From an uncultured Candidatus Micrarchaeota archaeon (GTDB lineage: Archaea > Micrarchaeota > Micrarchaeia > Anstonellales > Bilamarchaeaceae), in the NCBI GenBank assembly GCA_903835385.1, contig CAILMQ010000063.1:5234-69233 (forward strand): a stretch of 64,000 nt of DNA, written 5' to 3'. Each line of letters begins with the position of its first letter. Position 1 is the first letter of the stretch. A program made the position numbers and the translations under genes. Under the pieces are notes generated by a model. The model saw only the letters and a list, made by a program, of their open reading frames with translations. It had not been told where the DNA came from and did no database searches. Below are positions 46,356 through 55,710 of this stretch, piece by piece.

Positions 46356-48143
46356 TCACTGTGGCTGGCTGCTGTTGCCGCCTCCGAAAAGGCTTCCGAG
46401 GAATTTGGATATTGCGTCAAATATGCTCGGCTGGAACCCCCCTGCGCCGGTCCCTCCGTTCGTTGGGGAAGGCGGAGGCGCGCCCGCATTGGGGCATGAG
46501 CGCGTTTCAGTGCCGTCGGTGCAAACCTTGTATTCGCATCCGTTGGCATCGGTCACGCTCTTGCATTCCACGGTTTCTTTTCCCGGGCAGCTCGTCCCCA
46601 CGTACTGGCTGCCGCAGGTTTTCACCGAGCATCCGTTCGCGTCGCTAGCCACGGTGCAGTTCTGCTCGTTGCAGTATCTTTCCGTGAAGCCGTTGGTGCA
46701 GGTTTTCACGCTGCAGCCGTTCTCATCATAGACCTTGCACTCCACGTTGTCCTGCGGCGCCGCAGGGCAGTCCTTGGCCTTGTAGCCGTCGCTGCATTCC
46801 TTTATCCGGCATCCGCTCGCCGGGTCCGTGGTCACGTTGCACTGCTGGGTGGCGTTCTGGCAGTAAATGCCGCTTGTGCCATCGCTGCACTTCTTGACGT
46901 CGCAGCCTTTGTTGTCCTTCTCCACGGAGCAGGCCACGGTCGTTGGATTTGCCGTTGGCGTGGCCGCGCACTGCTTCTCCTCATACCCGTCCTCGCAAAC
47001 CTTGTGGTAGCACCCGTTCTGGTCCGTGTACTCCTTGCACACCACCCTGCATTGCAGGAGAAGCTTGCAGGAGTTGTAGTAATAGCCGTCGCTGCACTGG
47101 ATTTCCACGCAATTGTTCTGGTCCACTGACTTATTGCAGCCCGTGGTCTGGCCCGTGCCGGAGCAACGGACCTGCCTGCACCCGAAGTTGTCCTGGTAGG
47201 TGTCGTAGGTTCCGCCTTTGAGCTTGCATCCGCTCATTTGTGCCTGGAGCGCCGTATCGTCAGGGCAGGTAGCCTTGCTGCACGTGACCACCGCGCAGCC
47301 ATTGCTGTCTTTTGTCAATTCATAGTCATAATCCGATTCCTTGCAGGCTTCCGCCTTCCTTTTCATGTCCTCGTCAGACGGGCAAACCGTTGGCTGTTTG
47401 CAGTTTACTACCATGCACTGGTTGCTGTCATAGGAATATGAGACGTCGAAGCCCGCACCAATGCACTTCCTCTCTTCGGCCGCGAGCTGCTCCTTGTCCG
47501 GGCACGGATTCGTGGCCGCGCACTGCCCCGTAGCGCAGTTGCCGGTTGGCGTTGCGTTGCCGGTGGCAGTCTGGTTCACGCATTTGACCTGTTCGCACTT
47601 GTATTGGTCGTAGTAATATTCATACCCCTGCCCGTATCTCTTGCATTCCGTCACCGAAGCGTCGAGCTTGTCGCTTGTAGGGCACGGATTCGTGGCCGCG
47701 CACTGCCCCGTAGCGCAGTTGCCGCCCGGCGTCGCATTCGTGCCTGTGGAGGTCTGGTTCACGCATTTGACCTGCTGGCACTGGTATTGGTCATAGTAAT
47801 ATTCGTATCCGTATCCGCTTGCCTTGCATTCTGACACCGAAGCGCCCAAATCGTCGCTTGTCGGGCATGGATTCGTGGCCGCGCACTGCCCCGTAGCGCA
47901 GTTGCCGGTTGGCGTTGCGTTGCCGGTGGCAGTCTGGTTCACGCATTTGACCTGCTGGCACTGGTATTGGTCATAGTAATATTCGTATCCGTACCCGGTT
48001 CTCTTGCATTCCGTCACCGAAGCGTCGAGCTTGTCGCTTGTCGGGCATACATACCCTGCGACCGCGGTGTTCTGGGTAACGGAGAGCGCCGCGCTGAGAG
48101 AAACCCCAACCAACATCAGAATGAGAAATACGTGCGTCTTCAT
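46356..48143 (-). CDS. Secreted cysteine-rich repeat protein
   Basis: Signal peptide MKTHVFLILMLVGVSLSAALS (ATG at 48143). Three near-identical 60-aa repeats (CPTSD.L.ASV.ECK..GYGYEYYYDQYQCQQVKCVNQT..GN...CATGQCAATNP) are followed by many shorter D.NGC.VK.C.DG....C modules and a Gly-rich tail. Confidence 0.65.
   Translation of the reverse strand: MKTHVFLILMLVGVSLSAALSVTQNTAVAGYVCPTSDKLDASVTECKRTGYGYEYYYDQYQCQQVKCVNQTATGNATPTGNCATGQCAATNPCPTSDDLGASVSECKASGYGYEYYYDQYQCQQVKCVNQTSTGTNATPGGNCATGQCAATNPCPTSDKLDASVTECKRYGQGYEYYYDQYKCEQVKCVNQTATGNATPTGNCATGQCAATNPCPDKEQLAAEERKCIGAGFDVSYSYDSNQCMVVNCKQPTVCPSDEDMKRKAEACKESDYDYELTKDSNGCAVVTCSKATCPDDTALQAQMSGCKLKGGTYDTYQDNFGCRQVRCSGTGQTTGCNKSVDQNNCVEIQCSDGYYYNSCKLLLQCRVVCKEYTDQNGCYHKVCEDGYEEKQCAATPTANPTTVACSVEKDNKGCDVKKCSDGTSGIYCQNATQQCNVTTDPASGCRIKECSDGYKAKDCPAAPQDNVECKVYDENGCSVKTCTNGFTERYCNEQNCTVASDANGCSVKTCGSQYVGTSCPGKETVECKSVTDANGCEYKVCTDGTETRSCPNAGAPPPSPTNGGTGAGGFQPSIFDAISKFLGSLFGGGNSSQPQ
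47501..48043 (-). repeat. Three tandem coding repeats of about 180 bp inside the Cys-rich protein gene
   Basis: Units start at 47501, 47681 and about 47864, each opening with GGCA(C/T)GGATTCGTGGCCGCGCACTGCCCCGTAGCGCAGTTGCC. The third unit matches unit 1 in its first half and unit 2 in its second half, which is a mosaic pattern. Confidence 0.75.
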
Positions 48144-48194
48144 GAGGCGGCTATTCCAGCCAAGATTTAAAAATCTGGACTGTTTCTTCCTGTC

Positions 48195-48956
48195 ATGGAG
48201 CCGTTCCTGAAAAAACTGTATTCCCCGCCGAAGCTTTCGCACAAGGGGCAGAACGGCAAGCTGCTAATCATCGGAGGGAGCAGGCGCTACCACGGCGCGC
48301 CGGTGTTCTCGCTCCTTGCAGCCAGGAGGTTCGTGGACCTGCTTTATTTCTATCCAGGGGAGAACGACCCTCAGCTCATACACGCGGTCAAGCGCATACC
48401 CGAGGCCATGGTGGTCTGGGACCTGAAGCACACCGCCGAGATGGACTGCGTGCTCTTCGGCATAGGCCTCTCGGATGCGAGGTTCGACGTGAATTTCGTG
48501 CTGGAATACGCGCGTTCCGTTGTCGTGGACGGCGACGGGCTGAAGCTGGTGAAAGGGCGCGTGCCGGCCGGCTCCATAATCACGCCGCATGAGGGCGAGT
48601 TCAGGATGCTCTTCGGCATGGAAGGCACGAGGAAGAACGTGCAATCAATGGCAAAGGAGCACAGCTGCGTGATAATCAAGAAGGACCCTGCCGCGGACAT
48701 CATAAGCGACGGGAAGCGGACCGTGCTGAACACGGTCCACAACCAGGGCATGACCAAGGGCGGCACCGGCGACGTGCTCGCAGGCCTCATAGCAGCGTTC
48801 GCGTGCAAGAACGACCCGTTCACAGCTGCGGTCGCAGGCACATATCTCAACGGATATGCAGGAAACCGGCTCGTGAAGCGGTTCGGATACAACTTCTGCG
48901 CATCGGATTTGGCCGAGGAACTCGCCCTATCACTTAAAACACTTTCTAGGAAATAA
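48195..48956 (+). CDS. ADP-dependent NAD(P)H-hydrate dehydratase (YjeF C-terminal / carbohydrate-kinase family)
   Basis: HKGQNGKLLIIGGS..YHGAP near the N-terminus and the GGTGDVLAG motif near the C-terminus. Confidence 0.8.
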   Translation: MEPFLKKLYSPPKLSHKGQNGKLLIIGGSRRYHGAPVFSLLAARRFVDLLYFYPGENDPQLIHAVKRIPEAMVVWDLKHTAEMDCVLFGIGLSDARFDVNFVLEYARSVVVDGDGLKLVKGRVPAGSIITPHEGEFRMLFGMEGTRKNVQSMAKEHSCVIIKKDPAADIISDGKRTVLNTVHNQGMTKGGTGDVLAGLIAAFACKNDPFTAAVAGTYLNGYAGNRLVKRFGYNFCASDLAEELALSLKTLSRK

Positions 48957-48962
48957 CCCCTC

Positions 48963-50075
48963 ATGGCAGGAAAGAAACCGTCAGACGAGATTAGCCACGA
49001 GCAGAGGAAAAAAAACAAGGAATGGCGCCAGCCTGAGGAATACGGGGACGGATATTCAGACGGGCTCCAGGCGCTCACCGCGCTCGATTTGTCCAAATGC
49101 AAGACGGTTAACGATCTCGTGCGCGGCATGGGCACGTGCTCGTTCGGAGCCCGCGAAGTTGGCGAGGCAGCAGACGTGCTCGAGCTAATGGTGCGCGATC
49201 GGAAATGCTTCAAGGTGCTCACGCTCTCGGGTGCAATGACAATCGCGAAAATGGGCCTTGTTGTCTGCGACATGATAGACCTGGGCATGGTGGACGCAAT
49301 AGTGAGCACCGGAGCCCTTATCACGCACGGCTTCGTTGAAACCGTGGGCGGCAGGCATTTCAAATACAAGTTCGGCACAATGGACGACAAGCAGCTATAC
49401 CGCAAAGGGTACAACCGCGTGTACGACACGCTTGAGCTGGAGAAAAATCTCGACGACACGGAAAAGATAATAGAAGCCGTGTTGGACGGCTGGCCAAAGG
49501 AGAAAGAGCTTTATTCAAGCGAGCTCAACCGGAGGCTCGGCGAATATCTCGCTAAGAATGCATCAGGCAGGGGCATACTCAAGTCCGCTTACCAAAAGGG
49601 AGTGCCGGTTTACATTCCGGCATTCACTGACAGCGAGATGGCGCTGGACGTGGGAACGTACAGGAGGAGGCAGATTCTCCGTGGAGAGGCGCCCCTCAAA
49701 TACAACCCCTACTACGACCTTGAGGATTACACCGAGCGCGTGCTCAAGTCCGAGCGCATGGGCATATTCACGATTGGAGGCGGCGTTCCCCGCAACTGGG
49801 CGCAGCAGGTGGGCCCGTATCTTGACATAATAGAGAGCCGCATAGGCCAGGGAGGCGGGTTCAGAAGATTCCATTACGCGGTCAGGATTTGCCCTGAGCC
49901 TGCGCACTGGGGCGGGCTCAGCGGCTGCACCTATTCCGAGGGAGTGAGCTGGGGCAAGTTCGTTCCTGAATCAGAGGGCGGCAGGCAGGTGGAGGTTTTG
50001 GAGGACGCGACGGTTGCCTGGCCCTTGGTCATGAAGGCGGTAATGGAGCGGCTGGAAAAGAATCCGGTGAAGTAG
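48963..50075 (+). CDS. dys: Deoxyhypusine synthase
   Basis: LSGAMTIAKMG....MID.GMVDAIVSTGA.ITHG, IPAFTDSE and GGGVPRNW motifs typical of DHS. 370 aa. Confidence 0.85.
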   Translation: MAGKKPSDEISHEQRKKNKEWRQPEEYGDGYSDGLQALTALDLSKCKTVNDLVRGMGTCSFGAREVGEAADVLELMVRDRKCFKVLTLSGAMTIAKMGLVVCDMIDLGMVDAIVSTGALITHGFVETVGGRHFKYKFGTMDDKQLYRKGYNRVYDTLELEKNLDDTEKIIEAVLDGWPKEKELYSSELNRRLGEYLAKNASGRGILKSAYQKGVPVYIPAFTDSEMALDVGTYRRRQILRGEAPLKYNPYYDLEDYTERVLKSERMGIFTIGGGVPRNWAQQVGPYLDIIESRIGQGGGFRRFHYAVRICPEPAHWGGLSGCTYSEGVSWGKFVPESEGGRQVEVLEDATVAWPLVMKAVMERLEKNPVK

Positions 50076-50077
50076 CT

Positions 50078-50362
50078 TTATCTCCGGTACACCCTGTCAT
50101 GATGGTCGAACTGCACAAAAAGAACGTGCCTCTCCTTTTTGAAAACCCTGAAAATCAGCACGAAACTTCGGTCTATGTGCACTCGCTTGTAGTCTGACAA
50201 ATCATGCCTTAAATTCTTATAATGCTCTATCGCGTCTCCGTCGCTTTCGATTATTTCCTGAATCTTCTTGCGGATTATCTCCGAGCGCCGCGAGTCCTTT
50301 TTCGCGAGTTTCTCCAGCGTTTCGCGCAGTTGGTCTGTCAGATCGAAAGTAAAAGGCATCAT
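50078..50362 (-). CDS. RelE/ParE-superfamily type II toxin (putative)
   Basis: 94 aa, basic C-terminal half (YKRVHIDRSFVLIFRV.KKERHVLFVQFDHHDRVY) typical of RelE-like toxins. Its start overlaps the upstream small gene by ATGA. Confidence 0.6.
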   Translation of the reverse strand: MMPFTFDLTDQLRETLEKLAKKDSRRSEIIRKKIQEIIESDGDAIEHYKNLRHDLSDYKRVHIDRSFVLIFRVFKKERHVLFVQFDHHDRVYRR

Positions 50363-50619
50363 TCCGCCCCGGTTACTTTCTTTAGTTCAGCCATGGACAT
50401 CCGGCGCATCCCGTGCTTCTTTATATGGGCATTGCAGGACGCGATTATTTCCTCTACGACATCCTCCCGTACTTCCTTGTTTATGAACTGTTCCCCGAAC
50501 ATTTCCACGAATTTGTTGAGTGCCTCGGACTTGTTCCTGAGGCCGAACATCTCCTTTATAACTCCAAGCACCCGGTTCGTATAATCGTTCACATGCACGT
50601 TCAACGTAGCTTCGGTCAT
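50359..50619 (-). CDS. Putative antitoxin
   Basis: An 86-aa acidic protein immediately upstream of, and overlapping, the RelE-like gene. Confidence 0.5.
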   Translation of the reverse strand: MTEATLNVHVNDYTNRVLGVIKEMFGLRNKSEALNKFVEMFGEQFINKEVREDVVEEIIASCNAHIKKHGMRRMSMAELKKVTGAE

Positions 50620-50620
50620 A

Positions 50621-50654
50621 TAACCACCAATAACTTCTTATAACTTCTTATAAC
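50621..50654. promoter_or_regulatory. Phased 10-bp direct repeats (TAACcaccaa TAACTTCTTA TAACTTCTTA TAAC), candidate toxin-antitoxin operator
   Basis: Four TAAC motifs at exact 10-bp spacing begin 2 nt upstream of the antitoxin start codon. Confidence 0.3.
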
Positions 50655-50885
50655 TAAACGTTATTAAACCTAACTATCGGAGCCGATTATAAACTCCGGT
50701 CAGCATTATTCTTATTGGCGCGTGCCTAATGGCTCTCCGAGCTTTTAGCGATGAAGGATGAGTTGAACAGCACGCGCTACTATTTTACTTCTGGATACTC
50801 ATCAGTGCGGTTTTACGTCGCCTCTTTTCTGCCCATCCCCAAATGATTATAAACTTCCCTCTCCAATATAATATTCTAGTTCTAT

Positions 50886-51974
50886 ATGGCACGAGGCGGA
50901 ACACGGGCAGTTTTGCTGCTTCAGGATGGCACTGCGCTTCAGGGCGAAGGGTTCGGAGCGCGAGCGATTTCTCAGGGCGAGCTTGTTTTCAACACCTCCA
51001 TGACCGGCTACCAGGAGGCGCTCACGGACCCGAGCTATGCCGGCCAGATACTTCTCATGACAAACCCGCTCATCGGGAACTACGGAATCAACGCCAAGGA
51101 TTTCGAGAGCGACAAGGTCCAGCCGCGCGGCTTCGTTGTCAGGAACCTGAGCCCGGACTTCTCCCACATGGAGGCGATTGAAGGCGTGGACGCGTTCCTG
51201 GAAAGATACGGGGTTCCGGGCATAACCGGAATAGATACGCGTTTCCTCGTCAGGAAAATAAGGACAAAGGGCGTGATGCCAGCGCTTCTCGCAACATATG
51301 AGGGCGATTTCGACTTCAAGAAACTGAAAGTGGATTTCGATTATTCGGGCAAGGATTTCGTGCGCGAGGTCACCACGCAAAAACCAAAAACATTCGGCAC
51401 CAGCGGCCCGAGCGGCAAGCGTGTCGTCCTGATTGACTACGGAGTGAAGATGGGAATCGTCCGTGAGCTTGTCGCAAGGGGGTGCGAGGTGATCGTTGTT
51501 CCCAGTTTCTCGACCGTGGAACAGATAAAATCGCACAAGCCTGACGGCATCCTGCTTTCCAACGGGCCAGGAGACCCGGCAATACTCACGGAAACGCACA
51601 AAACAATACGCGAACTCGCCAAAAGCCACCCGGTTTTCGGAATCTGCCTCGGCCACCAGCTACTCGCCCATGCGTTCAAGGGCTCCACCTACAAGCAGAA
51701 ATTCGGGCACAGGGGCGCGAACCACCCTGTGCTGGAGCGGAAGACCGGGCGTGTTTCCATAACCACGCAAAACCACGGGTACGCTGTGGACCCGGAGCGC
51801 GTGCCGGACGGGTTCGAGATAACGCACGTGAATCTGAATGACAATACGGTGGAGGGCATGGAGCACAAAGAGTTGCCGGTGTTCAGTGTCCAGTATCATC
51901 CTGAGGCGAGCCCGGGGCCGCACGACTCAAAGCAGCTGTTCGACAGGTTCGTGAAAATGATGGAGGCGAGATGA
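50886..51974 (+). CDS. carA: Carbamoyl-phosphate synthase small (glutaminase) subunit
   Basis: N-terminal LLQDGT...GE.VFNTSMTGYQE..TDPSY. GATase catalytic GICLGHQL and the HRG.NHPV and H..YHPE motifs. Overlaps carB by ATGA. Confidence 0.92.
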   Translation: MARGGTRAVLLLQDGTALQGEGFGARAISQGELVFNTSMTGYQEALTDPSYAGQILLMTNPLIGNYGINAKDFESDKVQPRGFVVRNLSPDFSHMEAIEGVDAFLERYGVPGITGIDTRFLVRKIRTKGVMPALLATYEGDFDFKKLKVDFDYSGKDFVREVTTQKPKTFGTSGPSGKRVVLIDYGVKMGIVRELVARGCEVIVVPSFSTVEQIKSHKPDGILLSNGPGDPAILTETHKTIRELAKSHPVFGICLGHQLLAHAFKGSTYKQKFGHRGANHPVLERKTGRVSITTQNHGYAVDPERVPDGFEITHVNLNDNTVEGMEHKELPVFSVQYHPEASPGPHDSKQLFDRFVKMMEAR

Positions 51975-54900
51975 GGATGGCAGGCACGAAAAAAGTCCTC
52001 GTCATAGGAAGCGGCCCCATAGTCATAGGCCAGTCCGCAGAGTTCGACTACTCCGGCACCCAGGCATGCCGTGCCTTGCGCGAGGAGGGAGTGGAGGTCG
52101 TTCTGGTGAACTCCAACCCCGCCACGATCCAGACCGACAAAGAGACCGCGGACCGCGTATACATAGAGCCGCTCACCGCGGAAATCCTGGAGCGCATAAT
52201 AGAGCGCGAGAAGCCCAGCGGCATACTCGCAACAGTGGGCGGCCAGACCGGGCTCAACCTGGCAATGGAGCTCCACCGCAAGGGAATCCTCCAAAAGCAC
52301 GGCGTGGAATTCATGGGCACGGACGCCGAGGCCATAGAGAAGGCGGAGTCGAGGGAAAAATTCAACGTGACCATGCGCTCCATCGGAATCCCGCTGCTGC
52401 CAGGGCAGATAGTCCATGATTTCGAAAGCGCGAAAAAATTCGCGGAGAAAATCGGGTATCCCGTTATTGCCCGCCCCTCATTCACGCTCGGCGGCACGGG
52501 CGGCGGAACCGCTTATGACGAGTCACAGCTAAAAGACATACTGGACCTGGGCTTCCGCCTGAGCGCGACCGGCGAGGTGCTGGTGGAAAAATCCGGAATC
52601 GGCTGGGGCGAGTTCGAGTACGAGGTAATCCGTGACGCGGACGGGAATTCCGTCATCATCTGCACCATGGAGAATTTCGACCCCCTGGGAATCCACACCG
52701 GCGAGTCCATAGTCGCGGCTCCGGTCCAGACCCTTTCGGACAGGGACAACCAGATGCTCCGTGACGCGTCCATCCGCATAGTGGGCGCAATAGGGGTGAA
52801 GGGCAGCTGCAACGTGCAGTTCGCGCTCAACCAGCAGACCGGCCAGTACGTCGTCATAGAGGTGAACCCGAGGCTGTCACGCTCCTCAGCGCTCGCTTCA
52901 AAGGCAACAGGATACCCGATTGCGCGCGTAGCCACCAAAATCGCGCTCGGAAAAAAACTTCATGAGGTGAAGAACGCGATAACAGGCACGAGCGCGGCGT
53001 TCGAGCCCGCCCTTGATTACGTTGTTTTGAAAATCCCCCGCTGGCCCTTTGACAAGTTCTCCAAGAGCAACCGGACGCTGGGCACCATGATGAAGAGCAC
53101 GGGCGAGGCAATGGCCATAGGCCGCACATTCGAGGAGGCGCTCATGAAGGCCATGCGCAGCCTGGACGTGAAGCCTCCGAAGGCGATAAGGCCCCAGTGG
53201 CATCTCAACCCCGCGACAGACCAGCGGCTCTATGCGATTTTCGAGGCCTTGCGCAAGGGGATGACGGTTGACGAGCTGAACAAAGAAACGAAAATCCACA
53301 AATGGTTCCTGGAAAGGGTGAAAGGGCTGGTGGCGCTCGAAACTGAAATCGCAAATACAAACCAGCCACTCACGCCCGAACTCCTTCTTCGCGCGAAACG
53401 GAACGGATTTCCCGATTCGCTGATTGCTAATTTGAAAAGCATGAACGAGCTCGAAGTCCGCTCGCTCAGGAAGAAACACGGTATCCTTCCGACGTACAAA
53501 ATCGTGGACTCCTGCGCAGGCGAGTTCGAGGCAGTCACCCCGTATTATTATTCCACTTACGAAAAGGAAAACGAGGCAATTCCTGAGGCAGCGAGGAAAA
53601 TCCTGGTAATCGGCTCGGGCCCGATACGAATCGGGCAGGGAATCGAATTCGATTATTGCTGCTCCCATGCAGCATTCGCACTCAGGGAACTGGGCATAAA
53701 GAGCATAATGGTGAACAACAACCCCGAGACCGTGAGCACGGACTTCGATTCCAGCGACAGGCTCTATTTCGAGCCCCTTGTTTTCGAGGATGTCATGAAC
53801 ATAGTGGAGAACGAGAATCCCGAAGGCGTGATTGTCCAGCTGGGCGGCCAGACCAGCCTGAATTTGGCGCACAGGCTCGCGGACGCGGGCGTGCGCATAC
53901 TGGGAACGCAGCTGGAAGGCATAGACGTGGCCGAGAACCGCGAGCGCTTCAGGGAGCTATCCGAAAAGCTCGCGATTCCCCAGCCGCCCAACGGCACGGC
54001 GACCGGGGACGGCGAGGCGCACAGAATCGCGAACCGCATCGGCTATCCAGTGGTCGTGCGCCCGAGCTACGTGATTTCAGGGAGGGGAATGGCCATAGTT
54101 AATGACGACAACGAGCTCACCGCGTTCATGGCCGGTGCCGCCGAGATAAGCAACGGCTCGCCGGTGCTCATAGACAAGTACCTGGACAACGCCATAGAGG
54201 CGGAAGTGGATGCCATAGGCGACGGGAAGGACCTGTTCATCGGCGCAATCATGGAGCACATCGAGCCGGCAGGAGTGCATTCCGGCGACGCGAACATAGT
54301 GCTGCCTCCGCTTCGCATGAGCAAAGAGGCGAGGAAAACCATAGTGGAATACAGCGAAAAAATCGCCAGCTCCCTTGCGACAGTCGGCCTCATCAACATC
54401 CAGTACGCAGTGAAGGACAACAAGGTTTACATCTTGGAGGCCAACCCCCGCGCCAGCCGCACCGTCCCCTATGTGAGCAAGGCGATAGGCGTGCCAATGG
54501 TGAAGATGGCAGTGCGCGTCATACTGGGCGAGAAGCTGAAGAATCTCAAGCCTTCGCCCCGTGGCAAAATATTCGCGGTCAAGTCCGTGGTGTTCCCGTT
54601 CCTGAAGCTCGCGGGCACGGACATCTCGCTCGGGCCGGAGATGAGGAGCACCGGAGAAACCATGGGGCTCGGGAAAACCTTCGAGCTCGCCTATTACAAG
54701 GCGCTGATGGCAGCCGGAGTTTCCATGAAGCAGGCTGGCAACGTACCGGTGGCGTTCCTCAGCCTTCGGGACGAGGATAAGAAAATGGTGCCTGAACTGG
54801 CGAAAGTGCTCGCTTCGCTCGGGTTCGAGGTGTGTGGCACCAAAGGCACGGTGGAGGGCATCCCGGGCGCGTGCCCGATTCCGAAAATAGGCCAGGGCTC

Positions 54901-55129
54901 GCCGGACGTGCTGGACACCATACGCTCGAGAAAGGTCGGCATAATCATCAACACGCCTAGAAAGGGCGGAAGCTCCAGCACGGACGGCTTCAAGATACGG
55001 CGCGCGGCGATAGAGCAGGGAATCCCCTGCCTGACCAACATAAACACGGCATTCGAGTTTTTGAAAGCGCTGAAAGAACTGAAGGACAAGCCGCTGGAAG
55101 TGCGCACTGTGGAAGAATGGATTCAATAA
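51971..55129 (+). CDS. carB: Carbamoyl-phosphate synthase large subunit
   Basis: Duplicated ATP-grasp halves (VLVIGSGPIVIGQSAEFDYSGTQA and ILVIGSGPIRIGQGIEFDYCC). IEVNPRLSRSSALASKATGYPIA is present, plus a C-terminal MGS-like domain. 1052 aa. Confidence 0.95.
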   Translation: MRMAGTKKVLVIGSGPIVIGQSAEFDYSGTQACRALREEGVEVVLVNSNPATIQTDKETADRVYIEPLTAEILERIIEREKPSGILATVGGQTGLNLAMELHRKGILQKHGVEFMGTDAEAIEKAESREKFNVTMRSIGIPLLPGQIVHDFESAKKFAEKIGYPVIARPSFTLGGTGGGTAYDESQLKDILDLGFRLSATGEVLVEKSGIGWGEFEYEVIRDADGNSVIICTMENFDPLGIHTGESIVAAPVQTLSDRDNQMLRDASIRIVGAIGVKGSCNVQFALNQQTGQYVVIEVNPRLSRSSALASKATGYPIARVATKIALGKKLHEVKNAITGTSAAFEPALDYVVLKIPRWPFDKFSKSNRTLGTMMKSTGEAMAIGRTFEEALMKAMRSLDVKPPKAIRPQWHLNPATDQRLYAIFEALRKGMTVDELNKETKIHKWFLERVKGLVALETEIANTNQPLTPELLLRAKRNGFPDSLIANLKSMNELEVRSLRKKHGILPTYKIVDSCAGEFEAVTPYYYSTYEKENEAIPEAARKILVIGSGPIRIGQGIEFDYCCSHAAFALRELGIKSIMVNNNPETVSTDFDSSDRLYFEPLVFEDVMNIVENENPEGVIVQLGGQTSLNLAHRLADAGVRILGTQLEGIDVAENRERFRELSEKLAIPQPPNGTATGDGEAHRIANRIGYPVVVRPSYVISGRGMAIVNDDNELTAFMAGAAEISNGSPVLIDKYLDNAIEAEVDAIGDGKDLFIGAIMEHIEPAGVHSGDANIVLPPLRMSKEARKTIVEYSEKIASSLATVGLINIQYAVKDNKVYILEANPRASRTVPYVSKAIGVPMVKMAVRVILGEKLKNLKPSPRGKIFAVKSVVFPFLKLAGTDISLGPEMRSTGETMGLGKTFELAYYKALMAAGVSMKQAGNVPVAFLSLRDEDKKMVPELAKVLASLGFEVCGTKGTVEGIPGACPIPKIGQGSPDVLDTIRSRKVGIIINTPRKGGSSSTDGFKIRRAAIEQGIPCLTNINTAFEFLKALKELKDKPLEVRTVEEWIQ

Positions 55130-55130
55130 A

Positions 55131-55164
55131 TTACCGAAAGGTATATTAAATTATCTTTCGGTAA
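55131..55164. terminator. 10-bp perfect inverted repeat TTACCGAAAG-(14 nt AT-rich)-CTTTCGGTAA between carB and the MNT gene
   Basis: Lies 2 nt after the carB stop and 7 nt before the MNT start. It could act as a terminator hairpin, as an operator for the MNT-HEPN pair, or both. Confidence 0.4.
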
Positions 55165-55170
55165 ATAATT

Positions 55171-55710
55171 ATGTCATTCCGGTCGTTTGCAGGCCTGCGC
55201 CTGCTCGAGTGGTTTCTCGCAAACCCCACCCAAAGAATCCATTTCAAGGAATTGTGCCGCAGGCTCGGGCTCGCGCCGCTGTCCGTGAAAACTTATTGCG
55301 AGGAATTCCTTGCGCAGGGGTGGATACTTGAAGACCGGACCGCAAACCTCAGGATATTCCATCTGAACGACGCGGACTGCCGCATCAGGGCCATGAAAAA
55401 GGCATGGTTCCTGCAAATCCTGAGCGAATTAAAGATAGAAACCGTTGTTGATGACAGGGCCATATCCTTCGCTCTGTTCGGAAGCCATGCGTCGGGCGGT
55501 TTTGACGAAAAAAGCGACATAGACCTTATCGTTATAGGCAGGAAAGAGAACGTTGATTACAGCCGCGCGGAAAAGCTCGGGGATATCATAAAAAAGCAGG
55601 TCCAGCTCACCGTGATACCATTGGCCAGGTGGGAGAAGAACAAAGCCACCGACCCGTTCATCATGTCCGTTGCCAGGAACCACGTTCTGCTCAGGGGGCT
55701 GACGCTATGA
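55171..55710 (+). CDS. Minimal nucleotidyltransferase (MNT) with N-terminal winged-helix domain
   Basis: LFGSHASGGFDEKSDIDLIVI matches the GSxAxG...SDxDLxV MNT motif. The N-terminal roughly 90 aa look like a wHTH. Confidence 0.75.
   Translation: MSFRSFAGLRLLEWFLANPTQRIHFKELCRRLGLAPLSVKTYCEEFLAQGWILEDRTANLRIFHLNDADCRIRAMKKAWFLQILSELKIETVVDDRAISFALFGSHASGGFDEKSDIDLIVIGRKENVDYSRAEKLGDIIKKQVQLTVIPLARWEKNKATDPFIMSVARNHVLLRGLTL

Noticed and set aside
47501-48043. Tandem 180-bp repeats considered as a possible CRISPR or satellite array
   Set aside because: The units are contiguous without spacers, are in frame, and encode a repeated Cys-rich protein domain. No cas genes are present in the window.
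52898-55126. Two long minus-strand ORFs (52898..53872 and 54077..55126) inside carB
   Set aside because: They are antisense to an unmistakable carB and have Arg/His/Ala/Leu-rich products.
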